From: Pseudomonadota bacterium
Lineage (GTDB): Bacteria > Bdellovibrionota_B > Oligoflexia > Oligoflexales > CAIMVM01
Assembly: GCA_037142195.1 (NCBI GenBank)
Contig: JBAXBA010000033.1
Span: 1-37,065 of the forward strand
Direction of reading: 5' to 3'
Length of the DNA: 37,065 bases
Position numbers and translations under genes: made by a program. The notes under the pieces are model-generated. The model saw only the letters and a list, made by a program, of their open reading frames with translations, made no database searches and was not told the DNA's origin. Shown here in pieces: positions 19,134 through 28,466 of this stretch (the stretch's first letter is position 1; each line of letters opens with the position of its first letter).

Positions 19134-19169
19134 ACTTTTGGCGCAAAGTCAAAAAATTCATTTTTTGAC
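19134..19169. promoter_or_regulatory. Overlapping palindromes upstream of the sugar operon (candidate operator)
   Basis: ACTTT-TGGCGC-AAAGT (19134-19149) and GTCAAAAAA-TTCA-TTTTTTGAC (19148-19169). Confidence 0.35.
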
Positions 19170-19300
19170 CCAAGAAGAGAAACCCAAGGTCTTAAATGAA
19201 GGCTTTAAGAGAGACTGCCTCCCCATCTGGGTGATTTTGTAGCAGCAGAAGGATCAAGAGGCTTCCCGATTAAGTCAATCCCGGCACCATAGACCTATGC

Positions 19301-19332
19301 AAAAAGAGAGCATTTCTCATCAAAATGCTCTC
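19301..19332 (-). terminator. Rho-independent terminator
   Basis: 10-bp stem GAGAGCATTT/AAATGCTCTC with a 7-nt loop, followed by T5 on the minus strand, downstream of the beta-barrel gene. Confidence 0.75.
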
Positions 19333-19370
19333 ATGCGAATTGGCTATCCGGCTCTCTAGGAGCTTAGGAA

Positions 19371-19931
19371 CTAAAAGTAGTTTACAAAACTCAATTGGTA
19401 GGAACTACCTTGCAGTCTTTTTGCCAAGTCTAGGCTGCTTTTGTTTGCCAAGACTCTTCTTGAATAGCCAAATTTTAAACTTGTAATGGATGCTGGTATC
19501 ATAATGCTTGGGCCATATTCCCATACAGACTCAGAGATGGATTTGGTTTCATAAGAAGTTTCCGTCCTTGGTACTTCCCAAGAGTATCGGTAAAGCCCAC
19601 GAGACAAGCCCAATCCCATTTGAACATATTTTGTGTCAAAAATCTTACCTTCAACGGACGCCTGTCCATAAGTAATATTTCCTGAGTTTTCGACAGCATC
19701 TTCACTGAGACCATCTGTAGAGTTTAACATAGCACCAGCGCCCAAACCAAAGTCCACATAGGGAACTCGTACAAACCAAGAAATACCACCTAGAAAGGCT
19801 TCTTCTTTACTGACTTCGGTTATTTTACCATCGAGCTGTGCGGCAAACTTAGCATTTTCAAAGGTCGCGCCTTGGGCATGAAGAGATGTCATGCTTAAGA
19901 GGACGAGGGACAAGACTCCTAAAAATTTCAT
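19371..19931 (-). CDS. Secreted hypothetical protein, probable small outer-membrane beta-barrel
   Basis: Signal peptide MKFLGVLSLVLLSMTSLHA, amphipathic strands and C-terminal YQLSFVNYF. Confidence 0.65.
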   Translation of the reverse strand: MKFLGVLSLVLLSMTSLHAQGATFENAKFAAQLDGKITEVSKEEAFLGGISWFVRVPYVDFGLGAGAMLNSTDGLSEDAVENSGNITYGQASVEGKIFDTKYVQMGLGLSRGLYRYSWEVPRTETSYETKSISESVWEYGPSIMIPASITSLKFGYSRRVLANKSSLDLAKRLQGSSYQLSFVNYF

Positions 19932-20843
19932 AAAATACCTTTCTGGTAAATGGCTCAACGAAAACTACTCCATACTATACCTGCCAATACTTGCCAATCA
20001 AATAGTTAAATGTAGACTAACCTTAAATTAGGGTAAATGATACGAACACTTATGATCGTCCGAATCAACCTATACTTCTGATTGTAAGCCAGCCTCTCCT
20101 AAACAAGGAAACCGATTGCGACCTCTTCCACTCTATTAATTAATTTCCCAACCAGAGCTTATAACGCCATTGACCGAAAGTGAAAATTTGCGCCCCCGAC
20201 AGCAAATTCCTTACTCTAGAAAATAGAGCTCACAAATCCCAATTTGGAACCAAGTGGTTGGAATTATATCAAAGAGAAGACTGTGACCTACTATCACAGG
20301 CCAAAAGATAAATGAAAACGATCTTGAGCTAACTCTCGCTAACAGCCGACTGTAAAAGGTTAAACCAAGATGAAACGTACCACACTCTTTCTCCTCATCA
20401 TGCCCCTGGTGTCGCTCCTCTTAGGAACTAAGAATAGAGCATGAAGATCCTTTTGGGGCAATAGACCAGGATTTCAATCTTTCAGAATCTCGCCTCGAAG
20501 AATTACTGCAGCGAAGCGAAGCACGGTCCTCGCGACATTAAAGATGCGCGTCCAGAATAAATCTATTGATTCATCAACCAGAGCCCACAACTCGACCCTC
20601 CCTAAAAGGGGATTTTACCCCAAGGACAGCACATCATAGCTATTTCGAATAGAACTCATAAATCTAAATTAGGACAGAAAAGAGCCAAACACCCCGATGG
20701 AATATTTGGCTCTAAAAAGAACATTAAATGGAATTTACGTTACTTAAATCAATTGCCTCATTTAGATGACCTATTCTTCTGCGTGCCTCTGTGTGCCAGA
20801 ACTCTTTAGCCGAGAATAGGTAACCTATCACCTTGAGAAGCAT

Positions 20844-21653
20844 TTACGGAGCAACCGGAGCTTTTAAAGAATCAACAGACACTTTTACAAAAGCTTTCAG
20901 GTCTGAGATCGATTTCTCACAAGCATTCTTGTCACCTACAGCAATTTTCAGTTCGCCTAGCTTGGAGCAAAGAGCTAACTTAGGAACTACTTTACAAAGT
21001 TGATCAAAAAAAGCACCTTTATCCCCTAGAAGCCCCTTTGCAGACAGACAATTCTTTAGCACATTCATTTTTAAATCCTGAATCTTTGCCACTGTTTCTT
21101 TGTTAAGATCACGAGCAGCTTTTATTGCGGATTTTTGCTTCTCCAAGCTCTCAAGTGTTGATTTTAAAGTCTCGTCAATTTTTGCGCTTAGTTCAGGGCC
21201 TTTTAGGCTTTTAGCAATATCTTTAATCAGATCTCTAACTTTGCTAAAATCTATAATTTTTTCATTACCAAGAAGAAGTTGTTGGAACTTTCTTGCTTCC
21301 TGCAAGGCATCTTTAGCATCTTTAGCATCTTTATCGTCTTTTGCATCAATTGGACTGCTGGGGGTCGCTAAGGCCGCGCCGGGCTCTTTGCTAGCTAAAA
21401 AATCCTCAACATCTGTCGAAACAATGTCAGCAGCACCCGGCTCATTTTTAAGATCAGCTTCTGCTAAGTCTAACTTTTTAAGAGCAGAATTGATGGCATT
21501 TTGATCGCCGACATACTCATCTTGACTGACTTCAGTACTAACACTGGAGGATTTTGATTCGATCGACAGTGATTTTGGGTCGGCGCAAGACACATGAAGG
21601 ACCACCAACCCTGCAGCCAAAAATATTGAAGTAGTCATTTTAAAGTTTTTCAT
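20844..21653 (-). CDS. Hypothetical helical lipoprotein
   Basis: Signal peptide ending LHVSC; Lys/Asp-rich coiled-coil; four C-terminal Cys; AAGGAG RBS. Confidence 0.8.
   Translation of the reverse strand: MKNFKMTTSIFLAAGLVVLHVSCADPKSLSIESKSSSVSTEVSQDEYVGDQNAINSALKKLDLAEADLKNEPGAADIVSTDVEDFLASKEPGAALATPSSPIDAKDDKDAKDAKDALQEARKFQQLLLGNEKIIDFSKVRDLIKDIAKSLKGPELSAKIDETLKSTLESLEKQKSAIKAARDLNKETVAKIQDLKMNVLKNCLSAKGLLGDKGAFFDQLCKVVPKLALCSKLGELKIAVGDKNACEKSISDLKAFVKVSVDSLKAPVAP
21307..21347. repeat. In-frame 9-bp tandem repeat
   Basis: GCATCTTTA x3 plus degenerate copies, encoding DAKDDKDAKDAKDA. Confidence 0.8.
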
Positions 21654-21983
21654 AAAGTCTCCTTTCTAAGAGCAAAATCTTATCGACTCAGAACGCTTAG
21701 TTATGAAATATTCTTTTTTGGCTGGTAAAAAAGGATAAAAAACAACGAGTTAGCGATGAGTCGTAAATTTAATACTTAAAAAGCCGCATTCCCCTGAATG
21801 AGTGCGAGTTATTGATCTCTGCGAGACACGTAGCTTCTTTCTCGTTCACCAGCCGAACAGTAAATCCTTGGTGCTGCGAGATTAACTCAAAAATTACCAA
21901 TCGTTACGCTGGATTCGATGGAATTATATTCTTGTTCCAAAGCTATTTAGAAGTTACTATTGCCAGATCAGCGTGAGGTTTGA

Positions 21984-23237
21984 GTGCACCCACTTTTAAT
22001 CATTGCCGCCCGCAACTTGAGGCGGAATCGGAAACGGACCTTGTTGACCTTAGGGGCTCTAGTCATGGGCATTAGCATCATGATGAGTCTCAGAGGATTT
22101 ATTAATGCCGTGCTTTCGGCGCAAATCGACGCTGCTATTTATGGCTATACCGGAATGATCCAAATCCACAAAGCCGGTTACTCTAAAAATGTTCTATCTA
22201 GCCCTTTGGATCTGTCCATTAAGGACACCCCAGAACTCAGAGCCAAAATACTAGCAGTTCCGCAGGTTATAGGATTGGCGCCGCGCTTACAATTTACTGG
22301 CCTCTACTCAACCGCCCCAGACTCCCAAGGAAACTCTGAAACTTCTTTTATGGGGCTTTTGGGAATGGATCCGGCAAGTGAAGAAGTGGTGGCTCCCAAT
22401 CTTAAAAGTTGGACGACAGACGGAACTTTTTTAAGTCAATCCGATCGTAAAGAGATTGTATTGAATAAAGACTTAGCTGCAATTATTGGCTCCAAAATCA
22501 ATCTATCTGCAACCGAAGACCAGTGGCCGGTATTAATGTCCTCGGATGTGGATGGGTCGCTAAATGGTGAGATTTTAAAACCAGTGGGACTTCTTGCTAA
22601 TGCGGTACCTGGAGACAAGCGCTTTGCGCTCGTTCCCCTAGAAACCGCTCGCAAGCTTCTGAGAATGGAAGGCCTTGCTACAAGCTATCTACTCAGGGTC
22701 AGTTCTTTAGCTGTGGTGGAGTCAACGGCTCAAAGTCTTAAGCAAACTTTAGGGCCAGAGTTTGAGGTGCAAACCTGGGAAGAATTGATTCCCGTACTCA
22801 AAAAAATGACGGCAGATATTGGTAGAATTTTCTATTTTATATCCATTGCCTTCTATACGGTCATTATTTTGGGAATTGTAAATGCCATGTTTATGAGTGT
22901 TTTAGAACGCACAAGAGAAATTGGCACCATGATGTCGGTAGGAGTGAGGAGACAGCAGATCGTGCTTCTTTTCGTTGTTGAGGGATTTCTACTGGCGGTC
23001 GTGGGTGCCTTTGCTGGAGTTTTGGCAGGGTACTTTTTTGTTTTTTTAATGCATCACTTTGGAATTCCGATAAGTGCTCCCGGTTCTACTTTTAAGTTCT
23101 TAATGCGTCCGACTCTTGATCCTTTATGGGTTTTGGCAAATGGAACGATCTCCATTCTCTTCACAAGCCTGATTAGTCTTTGGCCTGCCTATCGTGCCAG
23201 CCGCCTTGATCCTGTGGAGGCCTTGCAAGCGACATGA
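21984..23237 (+). CDS. ABC transporter permease, MacB/FtsX/LolE type
   Basis: RNLRRNRKRT, large periplasmic domain, ERTREIGTM..G, PAYRASRLDPVEAL; GTG start with GAGG RBS. Confidence 0.93.
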   Translation: MHPLLIIAARNLRRNRKRTLLTLGALVMGISIMMSLRGFINAVLSAQIDAAIYGYTGMIQIHKAGYSKNVLSSPLDLSIKDTPELRAKILAVPQVIGLAPRLQFTGLYSTAPDSQGNSETSFMGLLGMDPASEEVVAPNLKSWTTDGTFLSQSDRKEIVLNKDLAAIIGSKINLSATEDQWPVLMSSDVDGSLNGEILKPVGLLANAVPGDKRFALVPLETARKLLRMEGLATSYLLRVSSLAVVESTAQSLKQTLGPEFEVQTWEELIPVLKKMTADIGRIFYFISIAFYTVIILGIVNAMFMSVLERTREIGTMMSVGVRRQQIVLLFVVEGFLLAVVGAFAGVLAGYFFVFLMHHFGIPISAPGSTFKFLMRPTLDPLWVLANGTISILFTSLISLWPAYRASRLDPVEALQAT

Positions 23238-24454
23238 CTCTTACATTTTTACAAATTGCGTTTAAAAATCTTACCAGAAACCGCCGTAGAAGCCTTTTTA
23301 CCTTAGCTGCAATATTCTTTGGAATCGCCATTGTCATTGTTTTAAAAGGCGTTGCCGACGGTTTTTTAAACATGACCGTGGAAAGTGTGGTCAAAAGCCG
23401 CATTGGAGCCATTCAGGTCCACAAGGTTGGATTTATGGAGAACCTTGCTGGCAATCCTGTAGGGCTTAACTTTGAATATGCACCTGAGCTTGAGCAGAAA
23501 ATTTTGGCCATCGAACATGTGACTGGGGTTGCACCGCGAGTTAATTTCTCAGGAACGATTTCTAATGGCAAAAACCAAACCATTGTCTTTGGCACGGGCG
23601 TCAAACCAAGTTCTGAACTTAAAGTCTGTCCTCAAGCACCAAGTATCATCACAAAAGGTAGATCTTTAAAGGACGAAGATTCGTCCCATATTATTGTTGG
23701 TAATGAGCTGGCGAGCTCGCTAAATTTAGATGTTGGTTCTTCTTCGAATGTAACCCTTTCCGGGGCAAGTCCTGAAGGGCGCCAAAATGCAGTCGATGCA
23801 TCCGTTACAGGTACAGCTGCGGCCCTAAATGCTTTAGCGGAGCTTAGATTTGTCACTGTTCCTTTAAAGCTAGCTCAGGATCTAACGGGATTAGATCAGA
23901 GAGTTACAGAGCTTGCCTTAAGCGTCGATCATATGGAAAACATTCCTACCGTAAAAGCAAAGCTCGGGGAGCTTTTAGGAAATAAATATGAAGTCATCGA
24001 TTGGCAGGAAGCACAACCCTTTATCCGGGATGTTGTCTTCAGACAAAAAGTGATCATAAGTATTGTCTCTGTGGTGCTCTTTATCCTGGTGATGTTCCTC
24101 GTAGGAAACACCATGCTGATGACCGTCCACGAGCGCAACAAAGAGATCGGCACGATGCTAGCGATCGGCGTCACCCAAGGGCAGATCCTTCGCATTTTCA
24201 TATTAGAAGCATTCACCTTAGGCCTCGTCGGTGGCATACTGGGCGCTCTGCTTGGAATCGGAGCCAATTTTATCATGTCCCTAAATGGGGTTGAGTTTAC
24301 AGCTGTTTTTCAAAAAACTCTTCTCTACCCAGAAGTATCTTCGAGCTTTGCCGCAGGCTCAGTTCTTGCCGCATGTATTTGTACGATTTTAGCTGGTTTT
24401 TTGCCGGCATTGAAAGCGTCGAACCTCAATCCTGTTGATGCCCTTAGAAGTTAG
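23234..24454 (+). CDS. ABC transporter permease, MacB/FtsX/LolE type (second subunit)
   Basis: KNLTRNRRRS, ERNKEIGTMLAIG, PALKASNLNPVDALR; ATGA overlap with the first permease. Confidence 0.93.
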   Translation: MTLTFLQIAFKNLTRNRRRSLFTLAAIFFGIAIVIVLKGVADGFLNMTVESVVKSRIGAIQVHKVGFMENLAGNPVGLNFEYAPELEQKILAIEHVTGVAPRVNFSGTISNGKNQTIVFGTGVKPSSELKVCPQAPSIITKGRSLKDEDSSHIIVGNELASSLNLDVGSSSNVTLSGASPEGRQNAVDASVTGTAAALNALAELRFVTVPLKLAQDLTGLDQRVTELALSVDHMENIPTVKAKLGELLGNKYEVIDWQEAQPFIRDVVFRQKVIISIVSVVLFILVMFLVGNTMLMTVHERNKEIGTMLAIGVTQGQILRIFILEAFTLGLVGGILGALLGIGANFIMSLNGVEFTAVFQKTLLYPEVSSSFAAGSVLAACICTILAGFLPALKASNLNPVDALRS

Positions 24455-24464
24455 GAGTTTTACT

Positions 24465-25199
24465 ATGAATCGTGTCTTTTTTTGTCTAGTGCTCGCTATG
24501 AATTACACCTTCAGTCAAGCTGCGCGTGCGGATGTAACAGCCGCAGAGTTGCTGGAAAAGTATGACAAAATCATGGGGCCAACTCAGTTTGAGTCAGAAA
24601 TGGAAATGACTTCAAATCGAGAGGACGGAACTTCCCGCACTTATTCCATGAAAGCTCTTAAGTCAGGAGACGATAAGTTTCGGATCTGGTTTACCTCCCC
24701 AAGTGCAGTTTCTGGGCAAGAAATTCTACGTATTGGCGACAACTCTTGGCTTTACCTCCCCAATTTGAAGAGAGCCTCTCGCCTAGCAAATCGCGACAGC
24801 TTTCAAGGAGGCGACTTCAATAATTCAGATATTTTAAGGGTCAACTACACGAAAGACTTTGATGGTAAAATCATTACGAGTGAAGAACCTTCGAGCTACA
24901 AACTAGAGCTTAAATCAAAGAACAAAGACACCTCCTATGATTTGATCCATCTTTGGATCGCAAAATCCAATTTTATGCCCCTAAAAGGGGAATACTTTGG
25001 AACCAGTGGTAAAAAGCTTCGAAGCGCTGAATTTAGTGATGTCAAAGAATTTAGTAAATCCTATACGCGACCTGCAAAGGTTCTTATGAAGAATGAAATC
25101 GTGCCCGCGAGATCGAGCATTCTTATGATTAAAAAAATCAAAACTGATATCAGTCCTGCTCCCCAAAAATTCCTCCAAACGGACCTAGGAAAGGGATAA
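24465..25199 (+). CDS. Outer membrane lipoprotein-sorting protein (LolA-like)
   Basis: Signal peptide; F.SP....G..L, WLYLP.LKR, SFQGGDF...D signatures; AGGAG RBS before ATG 24465. Confidence 0.85.
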   Translation: MNRVFFCLVLAMNYTFSQAARADVTAAELLEKYDKIMGPTQFESEMEMTSNREDGTSRTYSMKALKSGDDKFRIWFTSPSAVSGQEILRIGDNSWLYLPNLKRASRLANRDSFQGGDFNNSDILRVNYTKDFDGKIITSEEPSSYKLELKSKNKDTSYDLIHLWIAKSNFMPLKGEYFGTSGKKLRSAEFSDVKEFSKSYTRPAKVLMKNEIVPARSSILMIKKIKTDISPAPQKFLQTDLGKG

Positions 25200-25201
25200 A
25201 G

Positions 25202-26446
25202 ATGGCCCTGAAGCTTCTCACAGGACTATTCTTTGCGCTCCAGGCCCTTGGGGGCGAACTGGCTCAGGATGTAAGTGTGAAAACCGATGTAGGCCGCACT
25301 GTTACGGATGGGCTCATTTCCTCTGATGATGTCCCCCAGTTTGTTCAGACCTACCAATGGCAGGCGACCGCCAAATTCAAACCCCAGGATTCCACTTTCT
25401 TTTTAATCGACAGCTCATTGCTGGGACTGATACTTGAAGATTTTGATGGCGAAAAAAACGGAACTCGAGCTGCAATAGCAAAGCCCATGTCAGATCGCAG
25501 AAAAGGAAAAATTTCATTAAATGAAATTTACGGGGTATACGAACCGCTTCCCAGCTGGAGCCTTACCCTGGGCAGAAAGCGTATAACCTGGGGAAGTGGC
25601 TATTTTAGAAACCCCACCGACCTTATCAATCCTTCCAAAAACATCTTGGACCCAACCGCAGCAAGGAAGGGAACTTTTTTAGGATCCGTAGATTATCGCA
25701 AAGAATCCTCCACGTGGACGGTTTTAAGAAGTGGAGCGACCAAGGAAAAAGAAAATGGAGTCCCCGATCAAATCTATGAAATTGAAGGTAAGACGAGGGA
25801 GATGACCGCTGCTCGCTATTGGACTCTGCTGGGAAACTATGACCTAAGTATCATGCGTCTTGATGACAATGGCTACACAAAGCCCGGCGTCAGGGATATA
25901 GACACGGGAATTTCGGTTTCAGGTCTTGTAGTGGATGCTCTAGAAGTCCACGGAGAAGCGTTGTTAAAGAACGTAAAAGGTCAAAAAGATTACATTTTAG
26001 GTTTCGGCTATACATTTTCCAATGAAAGCACCTTCACCTTAGAATATCTTCACAATGATCTCGGTCAAAGCGCCAGTGAATTTGCCAGTCTCGCTAAAAA
26101 ACTCTATGTGGGAAAAAAACTGGGTCAGAGACCTTCTGGAAATAGTGATGAAAACCTTACGGGAAAGCTTTTCTTAAAAGACCATTTTGCTTTGGGGCTT
26201 CAAAGATATAAGTATAATGATGACATCTTTTTCACGTTCAATACTTTGATCAATCCCCTCCATCAAGCCGCTGCTTTGAGCCCAGGAGTCAATTGGATGG
26301 CACGGGATTGGCTTTCACTTTCTCTGGTTGGTTTTTACAATAAGTCTTTTTCTGGAGCTAAGCTGCCGGATGGTTCCCAAGTCAGTGAGCAAGATTTGTT
26401 CCCTATGCCTCTCAGAACTTCATTTGAAATTAAAGCTTATTTTTAA
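25202..26446 (+). CDS. Putative outer-membrane beta-barrel
   Basis: Signal peptide; L.E.Y, LGRKRITWG.G...NP.D pattern; C-terminal beta-signal FEIKAYF. Confidence 0.75.
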   Translation: MALKLLTGLFFALQALGGELAQDVSVKTDVGRTVTDGLISSDDVPQFVQTYQWQATAKFKPQDSTFFLIDSSLLGLILEDFDGEKNGTRAAIAKPMSDRRKGKISLNEIYGVYEPLPSWSLTLGRKRITWGSGYFRNPTDLINPSKNILDPTAARKGTFLGSVDYRKESSTWTVLRSGATKEKENGVPDQIYEIEGKTREMTAARYWTLLGNYDLSIMRLDDNGYTKPGVRDIDTGISVSGLVVDALEVHGEALLKNVKGQKDYILGFGYTFSNESTFTLEYLHNDLGQSASEFASLAKKLYVGKKLGQRPSGNSDENLTGKLFLKDHFALGLQRYKYNDDIFFTFNTLINPLHQAAALSPGVNWMARDWLSLSLVGFYNKSFSGAKLPDGSQVSEQDLFPMPLRTSFEIKAYF

Positions 26447-26455
26447 GGTGCCTCT

Positions 26456-27139
26456 ATGACAGAAAATATTATTAAAATCTCTGGAATCACGCGCCAGTAT
26501 ATCCTCGGAAAAACAGTGATTGATGCCTTACGGGGGATTGATCTTGAAATTGTTAAAGGCGAGTTTACCGTAGTCCTCGGCCCATCTGGCTCTGGTAAGT
26601 CCACGCTTCTTAACATTATTGGATGTTTAGATCGAGCTACCTCTGGGTCTTATATCTTAGACGGCGAAGAAATAGCCGGCCGAGACTTTAATAGCCTTTC
26701 TGAGATCAGAAATCGAAAAATTGGTTTTATTTTCCAAAGTTTCAATCTCATACCCGTTTTAAATGTCATGGAAAATATCGAATTTCCCTGCCTCCTTAGA
26801 AAAGATCGTGATCCGAATCTTCGGGAAAACGTTCTTAAAATTTGTGAGGAAGTTGGCCTCTCGTCTTTTGTACACCATAAACCAGATGAACTTTCCGGCG
26901 GTCAAAGACAACGAGTCGCCATCGCTAGGGCGTTGATTACGTCTCCGAGCATCGTTTTAGCGGATGAGCCAACCGCCAATCTCGACTCAAAAACCAGTGA
27001 TCAAATTTTAGACCTTATGGTGAACTTAAATAAGAACCATCAAGTTACCTTCATCTTTGCGACCCATGACCCTAGGGTAATGGACCGCGCCCGGCGCACC
27101 CTTAGAATCAAAGATGGAAAAATGGAGACGAATTATTAA
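26456..27139 (+). CDS. ABC ATP-binding protein (LolD/MacB type)
   Basis: GPSGSGKST, IGFIFQSFNL, LSGGQRQRVAIARAL, LADEPT, ATHD. Confidence 0.96.
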   Translation: MTENIIKISGITRQYILGKTVIDALRGIDLEIVKGEFTVVLGPSGSGKSTLLNIIGCLDRATSGSYILDGEEIAGRDFNSLSEIRNRKIGFIFQSFNLIPVLNVMENIEFPCLLRKDRDPNLRENVLKICEEVGLSSFVHHKPDELSGGQRQRVAIARALITSPSIVLADEPTANLDSKTSDQILDLMVNLNKNHQVTFIFATHDPRVMDRARRTLRIKDGKMETNY

Positions 27140-28466
27140 TATTCTTTTTCTATTCTATTTAGGGCCCCTTTGTTTGTATTTAGGAATGGCTGCTCAAAAT
27201 GCAGGTCTTGTGATTTGCTTTATTTTAGCGCCTTTTCTTTCTTTTAGTTTAGGAGACCCCCGGCAGAGATACCTCCTTCGTAAATTAGGTATATCGCTCG
27301 TTAGTATTTGGCTTCTGTGGCCTGTATTCAATGTTATCAGCATGTTTTTTCCTCTCCGACATACCTTGATGTTTCCTACTACAAATTGGCCAGGTCCACT
27401 GGACATTAGAGATTTTGCAAGAATGTCAGGTCCTGTTTATTTAAGCCAAGTTCCTTCCAGTGTCGGCATATCCGGAGCGTTTCTCTGGATTTTAAGCCAA
27501 GTAAAACGAAGAGACCGACGAATCTCTTTTTCTTATCACGCTTGGTTGCTCATGCTCGCGATTTTTTGCGTAATCTTCTTTTTCTATTTTGCCTATCAAC
27601 ATGTAACTGGCTTTGATTTTAGAAGTTCGCAATCATATTTACCCAATATGAGGTTTCCAGGCGGAAGCTACAGAATTCAAGGCTTCTCTGGACATCCGCT
27701 CACTATTGCTGGCATTTCTTTGTCGCTCGTCGGCTTTTCTTCCACACTCTTTAAAAAAGCTTTTATTCGTGGTAGTCGCAATCAAACACCTCTTCTCATC
27801 ATTCTTTTGACAAACCTATTTTTCTTGTTTGCTTCCGGTGGTCGGACGGCACTCTTTATTGCACTCGGATGGCTCTTTATTTTAGCCATTTTAGGCGCTA
27901 AAAACTTCCTGCGGTGGCGAGTGATATTTTTGCTGTCTTTGGTTTTAATATTGGCAACTCTTTCTCTCGTCTTTTTTTCGAGCGTGGGACAACGCTACTT
28001 AGAAATGGCTGAATTTGGCCAAACTGGAAATGCGCCCAATCGACTCACTTTTTGGCGCGTTCATTGGCAGATGTTTCTCGACTCTCCCTTTTGGGGACAA
28101 GGATATAGCCACCTCACTAAGGGTGTGAGGCTCATGTATTATGATGCCATGGGGCTCAGAGATTTCCCTGAGAAATTCAATGCTCATAATATATTCTTTG
28201 AAACACTTTCTAATATTGGGGCGCTAGGCAGCCTGATCCTCACTGCCCTGCTTTTCCGGGTATATTTTCTTTTAAAACAAATCTGTGCCACCACAAGGAC
28301 CTCGACCTCACTTTTTCATGCCTTATCAGCTGGGGTGGCCCTCAACATAGCCCACGGTTTTACGCAAAACGTATTCTTTGACTCGGGAGTCACCGTAGTA
28401 CTCATGTGCCTCCTTTGGATACTCGTTTGGTCAGCTGCTGACAGAAATCGATTTGAAAATGACTAA
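27114..28466 (+). CDS. O-antigen ligase family (Wzy_C) membrane protein
   Basis: Multi-TM protein; R..GF.GHP, SGGRTA, R..FW....P.WGQG and the catalytic-type AHN motif. Confidence 0.85.
   Translation: MEKWRRIINILFLFYLGPLCLYLGMAAQNAGLVICFILAPFLSFSLGDPRQRYLLRKLGISLVSIWLLWPVFNVISMFFPLRHTLMFPTTNWPGPLDIRDFARMSGPVYLSQVPSSVGISGAFLWILSQVKRRDRRISFSYHAWLLMLAIFCVIFFFYFAYQHVTGFDFRSSQSYLPNMRFPGGSYRIQGFSGHPLTIAGISLSLVGFSSTLFKKAFIRGSRNQTPLLIILLTNLFFLFASGGRTALFIALGWLFILAILGAKNFLRWRVIFLLSLVLILATLSLVFFSSVGQRYLEMAEFGQTGNAPNRLTFWRVHWQMFLDSPFWGQGYSHLTKGVRLMYYDAMGLRDFPEKFNAHNIFFETLSNIGALGSLILTALLFRVYFLLKQICATTRTSTSLFHALSAGVALNIAHGFTQNVFFDSGVTVVLMCLLWILVWSAADRNRFEND

Noticed and set aside
19982..19998. Sigma54 promoter (minus-strand TGGCAAGTATTGGCA)
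   Set aside because: GG-to-GC spacing is 9 nt rather than the required 10; it is a TGCCAAT direct repeat.
20281..20299. CRP-like site CTGTGA-N7-TCACAG
   Set aside because: The spacer is 7 nt rather than 6. The palindrome is real, but I cannot assign a factor.
20442..20444. TGA readthrough extending the 20370 ORF
   Set aside because: The in-frame continuation is not protein-like and no SECIS-like hairpin is evident.
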